Shown in pieces: positions 28,156 through 38,419 of a stretch of 64,000 nt of DNA; position 1 is the stretch's first letter; the number at the start of each line of letters is the position of its first letter. Source of the DNA: Gammaproteobacteria bacterium (GTDB taxonomy: Bacteria; Pseudomonadota; Gammaproteobacteria; Eutrophobiales; Eutrophobiaceae); NCBI GenBank assembly GCA_965116495.1, contig OZ220696.1:704001-768000 (forward strand), given 5' to 3'. The notes beneath the pieces were generated by a model that did no database searches, was not told the origin of the DNA, and saw only the letters and a program-made list of their open reading frames with translations. The translations under genes and the position numbers were made by a program.

Positions 28156-29406
28156 CTAACCTGGTTCCGGGAATCGCGATAGAGAGAATCGAGGATCGGG
28201 TGTACTTCGTTCTAGTACATATTTTGCAACATCCTGGCCGCGAGCCGGCCCGCTGTGGAAGGCGGTCCCTGAACCGCCGCCGTGGATCCAGGCATTTTCC
28301 GCCCCGGGGTGGCGGTCGATGATGTAATCCCCATCCGGTGTATTCGTATACTGACAGACACGCCCTCCGAGGTAAGCAGCTCCTTTCATTCCCGGGAAGC
28401 GGTAGCCAACCTGCTCACGCGCAGCTTCCTTTCCGGCTTCCGATACCTGCCGATCACCGGAGGTCGGTTCGAAACCCGGCCCTAGCCTGTGGTCAGCGAC
28501 CGTGAAGCCCCACTTCCGGTGGGCGGGCACACCCCACCAAATCTCCTGTCCCCAATCGACCCAGTGCGGCAAAAGATCTTTGTGAAACCGCTCGTCGCCC
28601 TCGGGAGCATCCAGGTAATAGACCTCTTGGCGCGTGACGGTAAGGTGTTTCCCGACGGTATCCGGGAACAGCTTGCCCAGCCAGGGGCCGCAGGCAAAAA
28701 CGTAGCGATCCGCCTCGATCCGGGATCCGTCGTCCAGCGTGACTCCCTGCATTTCCCCATTCCTGATCAGGGTAGAGACCACACCGGCCTGCCGGTAGTC
28801 CCCGCCCTCGGACAGGAAGCCGTCGACGACTGCATAACAGGCGCGACGGGCGAACAGGATACCAGCCTCTTTCTCGTAGAATGTTTTCCGGATGCCATCC
28901 ATATTAATTTGAGGAAAGCGTGCATGGGTCTCGTCCGGGGTCAGCTTCTCCCCACCGTCTACGTCTTCATCCATCCAGCGCGTGTAATCTGCTGTTCTAT
29001 CGGACGCTGAATCTCCGATTACCAGGTTTTCGCGAACCATCCACAGGGCGCCGACAGGATCATAGAGTGGAAGCTGCCATTGTTCCTGGTGTTCCAACCA
29101 GAGTTGCATGGAGCGGCGGGACCATTCCTGGTAAACGGCTGGCGTCCCGTAGCCACGGGTCAGGTTGCGGGTCTGGCCGCCGGAGCTTGAACGGGGATTG
29201 CCGGGTCCCCAGGGGTCGACCAGCGTTACGCGCGCGCCCTGGCGAAGCAAATAGAGTGCCGTCCATCCTCCGAAGGCGCCTGCACCGGCAACCAGGACAT
29301 GCGTTTTAGCGCTATCCCGGGAAAAGGCTTGCCGGCCACTGCCGAGACCGATAATGCCCGCGAGTCCTGTCTTCAGGAAGCGGCGTCTGGAACCGGAAAG
29401 GTTCAT
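28156..29406 (-). CDS. Tat-exported FAD-dependent oxidoreductase, monomeric sarcosine oxidase family
   Basis: SRRRFLK Tat motif, GAGAFG, VFACGPW and CQYTNTPDGDYIIDRHP. Confidence 0.8.
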   Translation of the reverse strand: MNLSGSRRRFLKTGLAGIIGLGSGRQAFSRDSAKTHVLVAGAGAFGGWTALYLLRQGARVTLVDPWGPGNPRSSSGGQTRNLTRGYGTPAVYQEWSRRSMQLWLEHQEQWQLPLYDPVGALWMVRENLVIGDSASDRTADYTRWMDEDVDGGEKLTPDETHARFPQINMDGIRKTFYEKEAGILFARRACYAVVDGFLSEGGDYRQAGVVSTLIRNGEMQGVTLDDGSRIEADRYVFACGPWLGKLFPDTVGKHLTVTRQEVYYLDAPEGDERFHKDLLPHWVDWGQEIWWGVPAHRKWGFTVADHRLGPGFEPTSGDRQVSEAGKEAAREQVGYRFPGMKGAAYLGGRVCQYTNTPDGDYIIDRHPGAENAWIHGGGSGTAFHSGPARGQDVAKYVLERSTPDPRFSLSRFPEPG

Positions 29407-29855
29407 TTGCAGAAACTGCCCAGCACCACTGCAATTTCTTCAACTGTAGTGATACCTTTCCTGTGGCCCCATGAGTTATAGATGTACGTTGTGAGTTGCG
29501 CGATCTCCAGATTGCTCAGGTGAGGCGCACCCGGCATCGGATCGGTAGACGTGGTGTCATTCATGGCTACTCCCCCTTGCTGGCCATTTTTGATGAGACA
29601 AATCCCCTGTTCAAAGATTGCCTCCATGTGATCGGAATCATTCAAAGGTGGAAATACACTTCCAAGCCCTTGTCCATTGTGTTGATGGCAGTTGGCGCAG
29701 TACATATTGTAGAGCTTCTGACCCTCGACCATATACCGGGAAAACTCGTCGTATTCCCTGCGCGTGCGATCCTGATTTTCAGCCTTTACCGCGCTTCCGG
29801 CCAGGAACAGTACCGCAAATAGAAACAGAACAGGTTTTGGACTTAGTAATGACAT
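29403..29855 (-). CDS. Periplasmic mono-haem cytochrome c
   Basis: Signal peptide, CANCH, GQGL..FPPL and distal Met (MPG). Confidence 0.85.
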   Translation of the reverse strand: MSLLSPKPVLFLFAVLFLAGSAVKAENQDRTRREYDEFSRYMVEGQKLYNMYCANCHQHNGQGLGSVFPPLNDSDHMEAIFEQGICLIKNGQQGGVAMNDTTSTDPMPGAPHLSNLEIAQLTTYIYNSWGHRKGITTVEEIAVVLGSFCK

Positions 29856-29988
29856 GTTGCCGCCTCAGCCTGAACCGGCCCTGCAGGTTTGTGTTTTCGG
29901 GTGCTTTTCCAGGAATCAGGCATGTTTATTCAAGTGTCCCCCATATAAACAATGATATAAGGTTTATCCTGGATAAACCAGAAAATCC

Positions 29989-31647
29989 CTATCGGCCAAA
30001 GCGTCGCCAGTAGTCGCTCACAGTCTGCTTCATATCCCGGCGCAGGAGCATGATACCGAACAGGTTGGGTAACGCCATCAGCGCCAGGGTTACGGCGGAG
30101 AACAGCCACACCATCGAGGTGTCGATCACCGCGGCGATAAAGAAGGCCGTACAATAAAACAGGCGGTAGGGCAGTACCCAGCGCAGTCCGAACAGATAGG
30201 TGATGGCGCGGTCGCCGTAATAGGACCAGGCGATGGCAGTGCTGAACGCGAACAGCATCAGGCCCAGGGTGACCGCATACTGGCCGTAATCGCCCATGAA
30301 GCTGCGCTTGAAGGCTTCAACCGTCAACGGAACGGAGTGCAGCAGGGACTTGCCGCGTAACGACACGTCACCGGACAGCGAACCGTCATCGATAACTACA
30401 GTACCGCTGTACGGTGTTCCATTGACGTGGAAAAATACGTCTTCGGCGATGGAGCGGTTGTGCAGGATGGTGATATCAGCATCCGTAAGGCGCCCGTCCA
30501 CCACACGGAAACGGCCGTTTGCCCGGGTGACAGGTTCAGTAGCAGGAGCCCTGGCGTTGAGATAATTGAACAACGCACTCACGTGCGCCGGGTCGGTATC
30601 GGCGTAGACACCGCTGATGAACTGCGTATCAAACGCCTGGAAGTCGTTGTCGAACTTCTCCTTCCACACCCCGGAGGACAGGATTACCAGGCCCGTCAGC
30701 GTGCATATGACCAGAGTGTCGAGAAACGGCTCAAGCAATGAAACCATGCCTTCGGACACCGGTTCATCGCCCCGTGCCGAAGCATGGGCGATGGGCGCGG
30801 AACCCTGTCCGGCCTCGTTTGAGAACAGGCCCCGGGCAACACCCCTGTTGAACGCGTAGGCAAATGTCGCGCCGAGAAAACCGCCGGTGGCGGCAGAATC
30901 GGTGAATGCGCTGCTGAACACGCTAAAAAAAGCAGGGACCACCGCGTCGATATTGGCAATGATGACCGCCATTGCACCGAAGAAATAGAGCAGACCCATA
31001 ACCGGCACAATTGCCGAAGTCACGCGGGCGATACGGCGGATACCGCCCAGTATGACCAGGCCGAGTAAAAAGGCGAAAAACGCACCGCTTACCCAGGTGG
31101 GAATGCCGAAAGAAGTATTCAGTCCGGCAGCCATGTTGTTGCTCTGCGGCATGTTGCCGGAACCCAGCGTACTGAATACGGTGGCGACGGCAAAGAACAC
31201 GGCCAGCCATTTCATGTTCAGGGCGCGTTCCATGTAGTACATCGGTCCGCCGGCCATCTCCCCCTTTTCATCCTTGATGCGGTATTTGTGTGAGATCGTT
31301 ACCTCGACGAACTTTGTCGTCATGCCGACGAAGGCAGTGGCCCACATCCAGAACAGCGCGGCAGGACCACCCAGGTGCAGGGCGAGGGCAACGCCGCCGA
31401 TATTACCCGTGCCTACGGTACCGGACAGTGCAGTGGACAAAGCCTGGAAATGTGAGGTATCGCCCTCGGCGTCATGTCTGGTGTAGCGTCCGGTCAGTGT
31501 GCCCCAGGCGCGTTTGAAATAGCGCACCTGCGGGAAACCCAGGTAGAAGGTAAAGAACACGCCGACGCCGAGCAACAGCCAGGGAAAATACCAGGCAGCG
31601 CCCAGCAGTCCGTCAAGGAATGTCAGGAATTCGTTCGGTCCACTCAT
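29989..31647 (-). CDS. AGCS-family sodium:alanine/glycine symporter
   Basis: [32 protein letters not shown] and WSYYG. Confidence 0.92.
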   Translation of the reverse strand: MSGPNEFLTFLDGLLGAAWYFPWLLLGVGVFFTFYLGFPQVRYFKRAWGTLTGRYTRHDAEGDTSHFQALSTALSGTVGTGNIGGVALALHLGGPAALFWMWATAFVGMTTKFVEVTISHKYRIKDEKGEMAGGPMYYMERALNMKWLAVFFAVATVFSTLGSGNMPQSNNMAAGLNTSFGIPTWVSGAFFAFLLGLVILGGIRRIARVTSAIVPVMGLLYFFGAMAVIIANIDAVVPAFFSVFSSAFTDSAATGGFLGATFAYAFNRGVARGLFSNEAGQGSAPIAHASARGDEPVSEGMVSLLEPFLDTLVICTLTGLVILSSGVWKEKFDNDFQAFDTQFISGVYADTDPAHVSALFNYLNARAPATEPVTRANGRFRVVDGRLTDADITILHNRSIAEDVFFHVNGTPYSGTVVIDDGSLSGDVSLRGKSLLHSVPLTVEAFKRSFMGDYGQYAVTLGLMLFAFSTAIAWSYYGDRAITYLFGLRWVLPYRLFYCTAFFIAAVIDTSMVWLFSAVTLALMALPNLFGIMLLRRDMKQTVSDYWRRFGR

Positions 31648-31692
31648 GATAAATTACATTATATATATTGTATATAATATTGTTATTATTAA

Positions 31693-32373
31693 TTATTCAA
31701 TTTGAAACTTGTATCCGGCCCCGTATACGGAATGAATTATCTCCCGGTGTGGCAGTACCCGCGCAATTTTTTTCCTTAGTTTCTTGATGTGGCTGTCAAT
31801 GGTCCGTTCGCTGACAATTCTGTGATCCGTATAGATTGTATCCATTAACTGCCCGCGCGACCAGACCTTACCCGGTGCGCCGGCAAGAATCCTGAACAGT
31901 TGAAACTCAACCACGGTGGTATCAAGTACCTTATCCCCGATCCTGATGCGGTATTTTCCGGCGTCAATCTCTATACCCTCAGCCGGTAATATGCCGTCCG
32001 TCACGGTGCGTCTCAACACGGCTTTCACCCTGGCCACGACCTCCCTCGGACTGAACGGTTTGCAGATATAATCGTCCGCCCCCAGTTCCAGGCCGAGCAA
32101 CCTGTCTATCTCCTCCACACGCGCGGTCAGCATCATTATGGGAACCCGGGAAAACTGCCGCACCTCGCGGCAGATATCCATGCCGCTCTTGCCGGGCAAC
32201 ATGACGTCAAGCAGGATTAAATCCGGCCTGGACTGCCTGGCGGATGCCACGGCATGTTCTCCGTCACTGATGCACCGGGTCCGGTAGCCCTCCCGTTGCA
32301 GGTAATCCTGCAATAGTCCGGCGATAGCAGCTTCGTCCTCGATGATCAGGATCAGTCTTTCAGCTTTTGCCAT
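31693..32373 (-). CDS. baeR: OmpR-family response regulator, BaeR-like
   Basis: EEIDRLLGLELGADDYICKPFSPREVVARVK and RTIDSHIKKLRKK. Confidence 0.8.
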   Translation of the reverse strand: MAKAERLILIIEDEAAIAGLLQDYLQREGYRTRCISDGEHAVASARQSRPDLILLDVMLPGKSGMDICREVRQFSRVPIMMLTARVEEIDRLLGLELGADDYICKPFSPREVVARVKAVLRRTVTDGILPAEGIEIDAGKYRIRIGDKVLDTTVVEFQLFRILAGAPGKVWSRGQLMDTIYTDHRIVSERTIDSHIKKLRKKIARVLPHREIIHSVYGAGYKFQIE

Positions 32374-33838
32374 GATTGACCGCGCCGGGGATTTCAATAA
32401 TGATTTTCAACCCGCCCAGGTCTGACGGAGCAGCACTGATGGAGCCGTTATGGGCCTCGACGATACTCCTGCAGATGGCGAGTCCAAGCCCCGACCCGCC
32501 GCTGGCGCGGTTGCGTGATGCGTCAACCCGGTACAGGCGCTCAAACAACCTGGGCAGGTCTTCGGTGGCAACACCCGGGGCAGAATCCTCCAGCGTGATG
32601 ATAACGCTCTTATCCTCATCAAAAAGTTCGGCGTTCAGACTCCCGTTTACATCCGTGTAGTGCAGGGAGTTATTCAGCAGGTTATTGAATAATTGCTGCA
32701 GGCGATTTTCATCGGCAAACACCCGGTCTTTTCCGGTCAGGTTACTGGTGTACGTGACTTTGATATCTTTTTGCGCAAACTGTTCGGAATACTTCTCCAG
32801 ACATTCTTCCAGGACAGGACCGGGTGACAGGTCTTGCTTACGGTAATCCAGTGCGCCGATGTCCGCCATGGATAGTTCATGCAGGTCGTCAACCAGGCGC
32901 GCCAGGCTGGCGACCTCCCTGGACAGGGTGTCCAGGCTGGCGCGGGAGTATTCCCTGACACCGTCCTGCAGTGCCTCGATTTCGCCTCGCAACGTGGTGA
33001 GGGGTGTGCGCAGTTCGTGGGATATGTCGGCGATCCACTGTTGCCTTGCCGTTTCATTGCGCTTCAGGGTATCTGCCAGCGTATTGAAATTTTTTGACAA
33101 CTCACCCAGTTCATCACTGCTGACCCGCTCGCTCCTGGCATTGTAATTCCCTGCGGCCAGTTCCCGCGTCGCCAGGGTCAATGCCTTCACGGGGTTGATC
33201 AGACGGCGCGCCAGGGGCAGCGCCAGCGCCATGGAGACGATGAGCATGAGCGCCGCGATAAATACGAAGGTCCGCTCGATATGACCTGAAAACCTGAGGT
33301 CGTGGACGTCGGACAGCGCCAGCCTGGGGGTGACGGCCAGGTACCCGATCGTATCGCCGTCTACCTCAATCGGCAGGTAGGAGGTATTTTCATTCGGCAG
33401 GTTTTTTGCTGCGCTCCTGTTCTGCCAGCGCTTACCCCCCGCGAGAACCCGCCTGTCGGCATCCGTCAATGTTACCCTGGACTTCAACAGTACTCCCGGC
33501 CCGCCGCGCCGGCCGGTCTGACGGTGAGATACCGCGCCGGCGGAGTCGAAACGTTCCCTTGCGGTTTCCGACTGCATAAAACTCCTGAGATACAACTCGC
33601 GCCAGGTGCGCCTGTCATCCGTTATGAACTCCCAGTTGCCGTGTATCCGGTATTCCTGCGACAGCACGGCAATAAAATTCTGCCGGGTTTCATGCTCAAT
33701 CCGGTTGATGTACTCAAGAAAGCCCCGGTCGAAACTCCACTGCACCAGGAACAGCATGCCGCACACGGCCACCAACGCCGCAAGAAATACCGCTGACAGT
33801 ATCTTCCAGGTAATGCCGATACGAATCGTCTTGCCCAT
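32360..33838 (-). CDS. baeS: Sensor histidine kinase, BaeS-like
   Basis: SFDRGFLEY, HAMP domain, ADISHELRTPL and SRNRASGGSGLGL. Confidence 0.8.
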   Translation of the reverse strand: MGKTIRIGITWKILSAVFLAALVAVCGMLFLVQWSFDRGFLEYINRIEHETRQNFIAVLSQEYRIHGNWEFITDDRRTWRELYLRSFMQSETARERFDSAGAVSHRQTGRRGGPGVLLKSRVTLTDADRRVLAGGKRWQNRSAAKNLPNENTSYLPIEVDGDTIGYLAVTPRLALSDVHDLRFSGHIERTFVFIAALMLIVSMALALPLARRLINPVKALTLATRELAAGNYNARSERVSSDELGELSKNFNTLADTLKRNETARQQWIADISHELRTPLTTLRGEIEALQDGVREYSRASLDTLSREVASLARLVDDLHELSMADIGALDYRKQDLSPGPVLEECLEKYSEQFAQKDIKVTYTSNLTGKDRVFADENRLQQLFNNLLNNSLHYTDVNGSLNAELFDEDKSVIITLEDSAPGVATEDLPRLFERLYRVDASRNRASGGSGLGLAICRSIVEAHNGSISAAPSDLGGLKIIIEIPGAVNHGKS

Positions 33839-33891
33839 AATGCGTAAGTATCCTGGAGAGGTGGTGCAACATCAATGAGGAAGGCTGGCAA

Positions 33892-33930
33892 TTCCATATT
33901 TTTTCCATAATGTTTGCAATTTGTACCATT
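33892..33930. promoter_or_regulatory. Candidate OmpR/BaeR-type direct-repeat operator
   Basis: TTCCATA occurs at 33892 and 33903 (11-bp period), followed by degenerate copies, between baeS and the Spy-like gene. Confidence 0.35.
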
Positions 33931-33975
33931 ACAATTATCAGCGTGAACGGTTAACCAACCTTACAGGAGAGAAAA

Positions 33976-34329
33976 ATGAAAAGATTTATCACGGTCGTAA
34001 TGAGCACGCTGTTACTGACCTCCACAGCACTGGCTGACCATCCTGCCGGCGGCAAGCATGGCCGGAAACACAAGGACAGGTTTATCAGCAAACTGGAACT
34101 CACGGAAGATCAACGGCAACCCGTTACTGACATACTGAAGGAGCAAAAGGAAAAGGGCAGGGAGCTCATGCAATCTGCTTTTGAACAGGTCAGACCGCAG
34201 ATGGAAACCTTGCATGAAGAAACCAGGCAACGGCTTGCCGAAATCCTCACTGACGATCAGTTACAGAAGTGGGACAGGATGAGCAGCAAGCGCCACGAAC
34301 GGATGCAGAGGCGCTCTTCTCACAGGTAA
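33976..34329 (+). CDS. Spy/CpxP-like periplasmic protein
   Basis: Signal peptide with LELTEDQ and ILTDDQ (LTxxQ) motifs; divergent from baeSR. Confidence 0.7.
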   Translation: MKRFITVVMSTLLLTSTALADHPAGGKHGRKHKDRFISKLELTEDQRQPVTDILKEQKEKGRELMQSAFEQVRPQMETLHEETRQRLAEILTDDQLQKWDRMSSKRHERMQRRSSHR

Positions 34330-34336
34330 CGGTTCG

Positions 34337-35743
34337 TTATTGTGCAGCAAGGATTTCTTTATTAATCCTTGCTGCAGTCGCCCGGGCTGTTTTAATCACT
34401 TCATGCTCATCCAGTGTCAGTACCTTGCGGTCCTCCATTAGCACTTTACCGCCAACAATAACAGTCTGCACGTCCTGGGCATCGACGGCATAAACAAGAT
34501 GGGACACAACGTCATACATGGGGACCAGGTGGGCAGCCTCCAGCGATACCAGGATAAGGTCGGCATGTTTGCCTGCCGCCAGTGATCCGGTATCTTCCAG
34601 ACCGATAGCCGCGGCGCCGACCCGGGTGGCGATCTCCAGAACCCTTATGGCAGGCATGGTCTCAGGGTCCAGCAAGCGGCCCTTGTGTAAATATGCGGCC
34701 AGGCGGACCTCGTCCCACATGTCCAGGTCGTTGTTGGAGGCAGCCCCGTCCGTGCCCAGACCCACTGCGACACCGGCGTCCAGCATCTCCGGAACCGGCG
34801 CAAAACCGGATGCGATCTTCATGTTGGACGTGGGGTTGTGGATAGCGCCCACCCCGCGCGCTGTGAGAATGGATATTTCGGCCTTCGTCGGCCAGACAAC
34901 GTGGGCGGCAATAGTCGGGCCACGGAAGAAACCGATTTTCTCGAGATGGTTGATCGAAGTCTCACCGTACATATCTCCCACGAGCTTGAGTTCGGCCTTT
35001 GATTCGGACAGGTGGATCGCAACGCCCACGGAGAGTTCGTCGGCCCGTTTTCTTACGATCTTCAGATTGTCGGGTGTAATGGTATAGGCCGCGTGGGGCG
35101 CAAAGACAGGGGTGATACGGTTGTTCCTGTTTTTCCACTGCCCGATAAAACTCTCAGCCTTGTCCATGGCATCGGCAAAATTTTTGGTGTAGCCGCTTTC
35201 CTGCTCGATGACGGCAGCCCCGATAACCGCTCGCAGGCCGCATTCCTCCATCACCCGGGCGATTTCCTTTGGATGAAAATACATATCCACGACGGTCGTT
35301 GTACCGCCCCTGATCATCTCAAGACAGGCCAGTTGCGTACCGGCACGTACAAATTCTTTATTCACAAAGCGGATTTCAGCGGGAAAGATGTATTTTGTCA
35401 GCCATTCCATTAATGCAAGGTCATCGGCAATACCACGGAAGAGGACCATGGCCGCATGAGTGTGCCCGTTCACAAGACCCGGCATCAGTACCCGGTTTTC
35501 ACCGGCAATCCGTTTTGCCGGCGAGAATTTCCTGTCAATCGATGCCTGCTCATCGACCGCGATAATAATCCCGTTGTCAATGGCAACGGCGCCTTTATTG
35601 ATCACCGTATTTTTATCATCCATGGTGACGACATAATCGGCCGAAACGACCAGGTCAATGTCGTCTGCATTGGCGTGCGGACTTGTCAAGGTCAGCATCG
35701 ACAGGGAAATAAGCAACAACCAGAGGTGAATTATGCTATTCAT
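34337..35743 (-). CDS. MTA/SAH deaminase-like (TRZ/ATZ family) amidohydrolase with signal peptide
   Basis: NGHTHAAM, APHAAY, HLSES, SNMKIASG and GTDGAASNNDLDM. Confidence 0.85.
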   Translation of the reverse strand: MNSIIHLWLLLISLSMLTLTSPHANADDIDLVVSADYVVTMDDKNTVINKGAVAIDNGIIIAVDEQASIDRKFSPAKRIAGENRVLMPGLVNGHTHAAMVLFRGIADDLALMEWLTKYIFPAEIRFVNKEFVRAGTQLACLEMIRGGTTTVVDMYFHPKEIARVMEECGLRAVIGAAVIEQESGYTKNFADAMDKAESFIGQWKNRNNRITPVFAPHAAYTITPDNLKIVRKRADELSVGVAIHLSESKAELKLVGDMYGETSINHLEKIGFFRGPTIAAHVVWPTKAEISILTARGVGAIHNPTSNMKIASGFAPVPEMLDAGVAVGLGTDGAASNNDLDMWDEVRLAAYLHKGRLLDPETMPAIRVLEIATRVGAAAIGLEDTGSLAAGKHADLILVSLEAAHLVPMYDVVSHLVYAVDAQDVQTVIVGGKVLMEDRKVLTLDEHEVIKTARATAARINKEILAAQ

Positions 35744-35818
35744 GACAGATATTTTGTATAACCGGGGGAGATAACCAACTCTTTCGCCGTCGCTGCTGCG
35801 TCAAACATTCCCATAGAT

Positions 35819-36214
35819 CTATAGGTGCTGCACGTCAGGCAGGGTCGCCATTTTACGGTCCAGTGTCAGGACTTCCAGTCCGGCGCGTAAATAATCGTCG
35901 GATATGAGGCGGTCGAACAGGCCTGGCCCGCCGGTCGCGTTAAGCGCCTCCAGAACGGAATCCCCGTTCAGCGGCGCGACCAGTCCGCTACTCAGAACCT
36001 GAAAGAGAGCCTGGGACGCGTCGTTCCTGGATACCTTGTAGTGGTGTTGAGCGGCGATGTATGTTTCGCCGATGACCTGGTTTGAGGTAAATACCTCTGC
36101 GCCGGAATCGATTAACCCGGAAAGATGCTCGATACAGTACGAATATGAATCAGAAGGCTGTGCGGTTATCAAGCGCAAAAGGACGGAAGTATCAATCCCG
36201 TAACGACGGGTCAT
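35819..36214 (-). CDS. PIN-domain (VapC-like) toxin
   Basis: IDTSVLLR, VIGE, FDRLI and TLDR acidic residues. Confidence 0.8.
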   Translation of the reverse strand: MTRRYGIDTSVLLRLITAQPSDSYSYCIEHLSGLIDSGAEVFTSNQVIGETYIAAQHHYKVSRNDASQALFQVLSSGLVAPLNGDSVLEALNATGGPGLFDRLISDDYLRAGLEVLTLDRKMATLPDVQHL

Positions 36215-36437
36215 AGGGTTCACTCCGGAACTTGTCAATATCGAACGGTTCGATACCAGGGTCTATCTTGTCCTTGAGATAGCCCAGCCTGGAATAATCG
36301 ATGCGCCTCGGCTTGAGAATAAATCCTTCAGGGCCTTCTTTCAGTTCGATTTGATCGCCGGGGCCCACGCCCAGAGCGTCCAGCACCCGGGCGGGGAAAG
36401 TGACCTGTCGTTTAGAGGTAATCTTTACTATCATCAT
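36192..36437 (-). CDS. AbrB/MazE/SpoVT-family antitoxin
   Basis: KITSKRQVTFPARVLDALGVGPGD; overlaps the PIN gene. Confidence 0.85.
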   Translation of the reverse strand: MMIVKITSKRQVTFPARVLDALGVGPGDQIELKEGPEGFILKPRRIDYSRLGYLKDKIDPGIEPFDIDKFRSEPYDPSLRD

Positions 36438-36649
36438 AGCTCTCCTTACAAATATGTTATTCAAGTAAGGCAGAATAGTCAAGTGCAATTATGTTGAAAT
36501 AAAGATAATAAGTTGTCTGCTGTAACAGGCACAGCGTCGAGTTCCAGAAGATGCTCATTGTCCGCAGAGGCCAAGGTGAATACCGATTTGCCTCGATCCA
36601 GTGCGTCTTTACACAGCTTTTCAGTGTTCTTTTCTGCTAGACTACTGCC

Positions 36650-36877
36650 ATGTCAAAAGTTGATCGTATCAAGGAAGAACTGAGCTGGCTCAAGATCGTT
36701 TTCGCTATTTTTGTTGCTACTGACCTCTCGTTAATCGTGTGGCTGGCTCAGAACTATAGTATATTACCTCAGACACTGATATTATTTTGTTGTGCAGGCG
36801 TGGCCCTCATCACATTAGCGCTAATATGGGTTAATCAGGCAGCAATCAAACGCTTCAAACAATTGGAGGAAGAGTGA
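36650..36877 (+). CDS. Small two-TM hypothetical protein
   Basis: 75-aa ORF with two hydrophobic helices. Confidence 0.6.
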   Translation: MSKVDRIKEELSWLKIVFAIFVATDLSLIVWLAQNYSILPQTLILFCCAGVALITLALIWVNQAAIKRFKQLEEE

Positions 36878-36963
36878 TGGAATGGTTTGTAGTAGCCGCT
36901 TTTTGTATATTTTTGGCGGGGCTGGCCGTCATCGTTTACGATCTTTCCAAACTTGGAAGTTAA
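36877..36963 (+). CDS. 28-aa single-TM small protein
   Basis: MEWFVVAAFCIFLAGLAVIVYDLSKLGS*; TGATG overlap with the previous gene and GGAG upstream. Confidence 0.45.
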   Translation: MEWFVVAAFCIFLAGLAVIVYDLSKLGS

Positions 36964-37137
36964 TTCTCGACGCGGCTGATTCACACTCCCGGCTTTTCAG
37001 ACGCAGGGTGTTTAGAAGCATCCTTTATGGCCTCTAGGTTGACAACCTGTTGCTCTTGATCCCACTCTCTGCTTTTGTCCTGATACCCTATATGCTTTCG
37101 CCTGCCGCAAAAGCCTGTACTCTCATGCCGTTGATAC

Positions 37138-38385
37138 ATGCAAAAGCGCCATAACATCGTCCTGCTCTGTTTCTGCGCCGCGTTTATCTGTTATATCGAC
37201 CGGGTAAACATATCGGTTGCCATCATCCCCATGCAGGAGGCCTTCGGCTGGTCGGATACCACCAAGGGTCTGGTGCTGTCCTCCTTTTTTATCGGCTACA
37301 TGATCCTGCAGGCGCCCAGCGGCTGGCTGGCAAACAGGATTGGCGGTAAGATTGTTCTGGGTTTTGCCGTGTTGTCCTGGTCTGTTTTTACCATATTGAC
37401 TCCAGTCGCGGCATTGATATCGTTGCCCCTGCTGATTGCCGTCCGCATCGCTATGGGACTGGGTGAGGCGGCGATGTTCCCGGCTTCTTATAACCTCTTC
37501 TCCCGCTGGGTTCCTGAGACTGAGCGCTCACGTTCCATCGGATTTTTGGCCAGCGGAATACCTTTGGGCACCCTGTTTGCGCTAACTACCACGGGCTGGA
37601 TAGTGTCAAGGTATGGCTGGCCTTATGCGTTTTATAGTTTTGGCTTGCTTGGTGTGGTCTGGGCCGTCGTCTGGTATTTCAAAGCAGCCAATTCTCCTGC
37701 AGAGCATCCCGGGATATCCGTAGCGGAACTAGAGTTACTGGCCTCTGTATCGGGGGGCAGGCAGGAAGCCGCGGATATTCCCTGGAAAAAACTACTGTCA
37801 CACAGTGCCGTCCTGGTTATATTTGTTAATCATTTCTGCACCAACTGGGCGCTCTACCTGATGCTGGCCTGGCTGCCCAGTTATTTTCGTGATGTACAGT
37901 CTCTCAGCGTCACCAGTGCGGGGATCTATTCTGCTGCGCCATGGCTGACCATGTTTGTAATGATCAACATCGGCGGCTGGGCAGCGGACAGGCTGGTGCA
38001 GCGGGGCAACAGTATCACCTTTGTTCGCAAACTCATGCAAACCGCCGGCATGTTTGGCGCGGCCGTGTTTTTCCTGCTGGTACCGTATGCGGACACACCC
38101 TTGATCGCGTTGTCCGTGATGTGCGGATCGCTTGCCTGTATTGCACTGACCTTCTCGGGATATGTACCTAATTTCCTTGATGTCACGCCGCGCTATGCCG
38201 ACGTGCTGGTAGGTATCTCCAATACTTTCGGCACCATTCCGGGCATCGTCGGTGTATTCCTGGCCGGCTGGCTGCTGGACCAGACCGGCAGTTATGCCGG
38301 CGTATTCGTGACTGCGGCTGCCGTACAGGTGCTGGGCGGTGTTCTGTGGCTGTTTTTTGCTACGGGTGAGAAGATTATCGATTAA
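37138..38385 (+). CDS. MFS transporter, anion:cation symporter (SLC17-like) family
   Basis: CYIDRVNISVA, LSSFFIGY, WLPSYF and GISNTFGTIPG. Confidence 0.88.
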   Translation: MQKRHNIVLLCFCAAFICYIDRVNISVAIIPMQEAFGWSDTTKGLVLSSFFIGYMILQAPSGWLANRIGGKIVLGFAVLSWSVFTILTPVAALISLPLLIAVRIAMGLGEAAMFPASYNLFSRWVPETERSRSIGFLASGIPLGTLFALTTTGWIVSRYGWPYAFYSFGLLGVVWAVVWYFKAANSPAEHPGISVAELELLASVSGGRQEAADIPWKKLLSHSAVLVIFVNHFCTNWALYLMLAWLPSYFRDVQSLSVTSAGIYSAAPWLTMFVMINIGGWAADRLVQRGNSITFVRKLMQTAGMFGAAVFFLLVPYADTPLIALSVMCGSLACIALTFSGYVPNFLDVTPRYADVLVGISNTFGTIPGIVGVFLAGWLLDQTGSYAGVFVTAAAVQVLGGVLWLFFATGEKIID

Positions 38386-38419
38386 CCGCTCCTCCTCCTG
38401 ATGTCCAGTTACCAGGCAG

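Noticed and set aside
29830-29915. Short minus-strand ORF (MPDSWKST...) upstream of the cytochrome c as another hollowed gene
   Set aside because: No recognisable family termini, so it cannot be supported.
31648-31692. Very AT-rich patches here and at ~62595-62630
   Set aside because: Short intergenic promoter-like DNA with no motif I can assign with confidence; a CysB site before cysI is plausible but not verifiable by eye.
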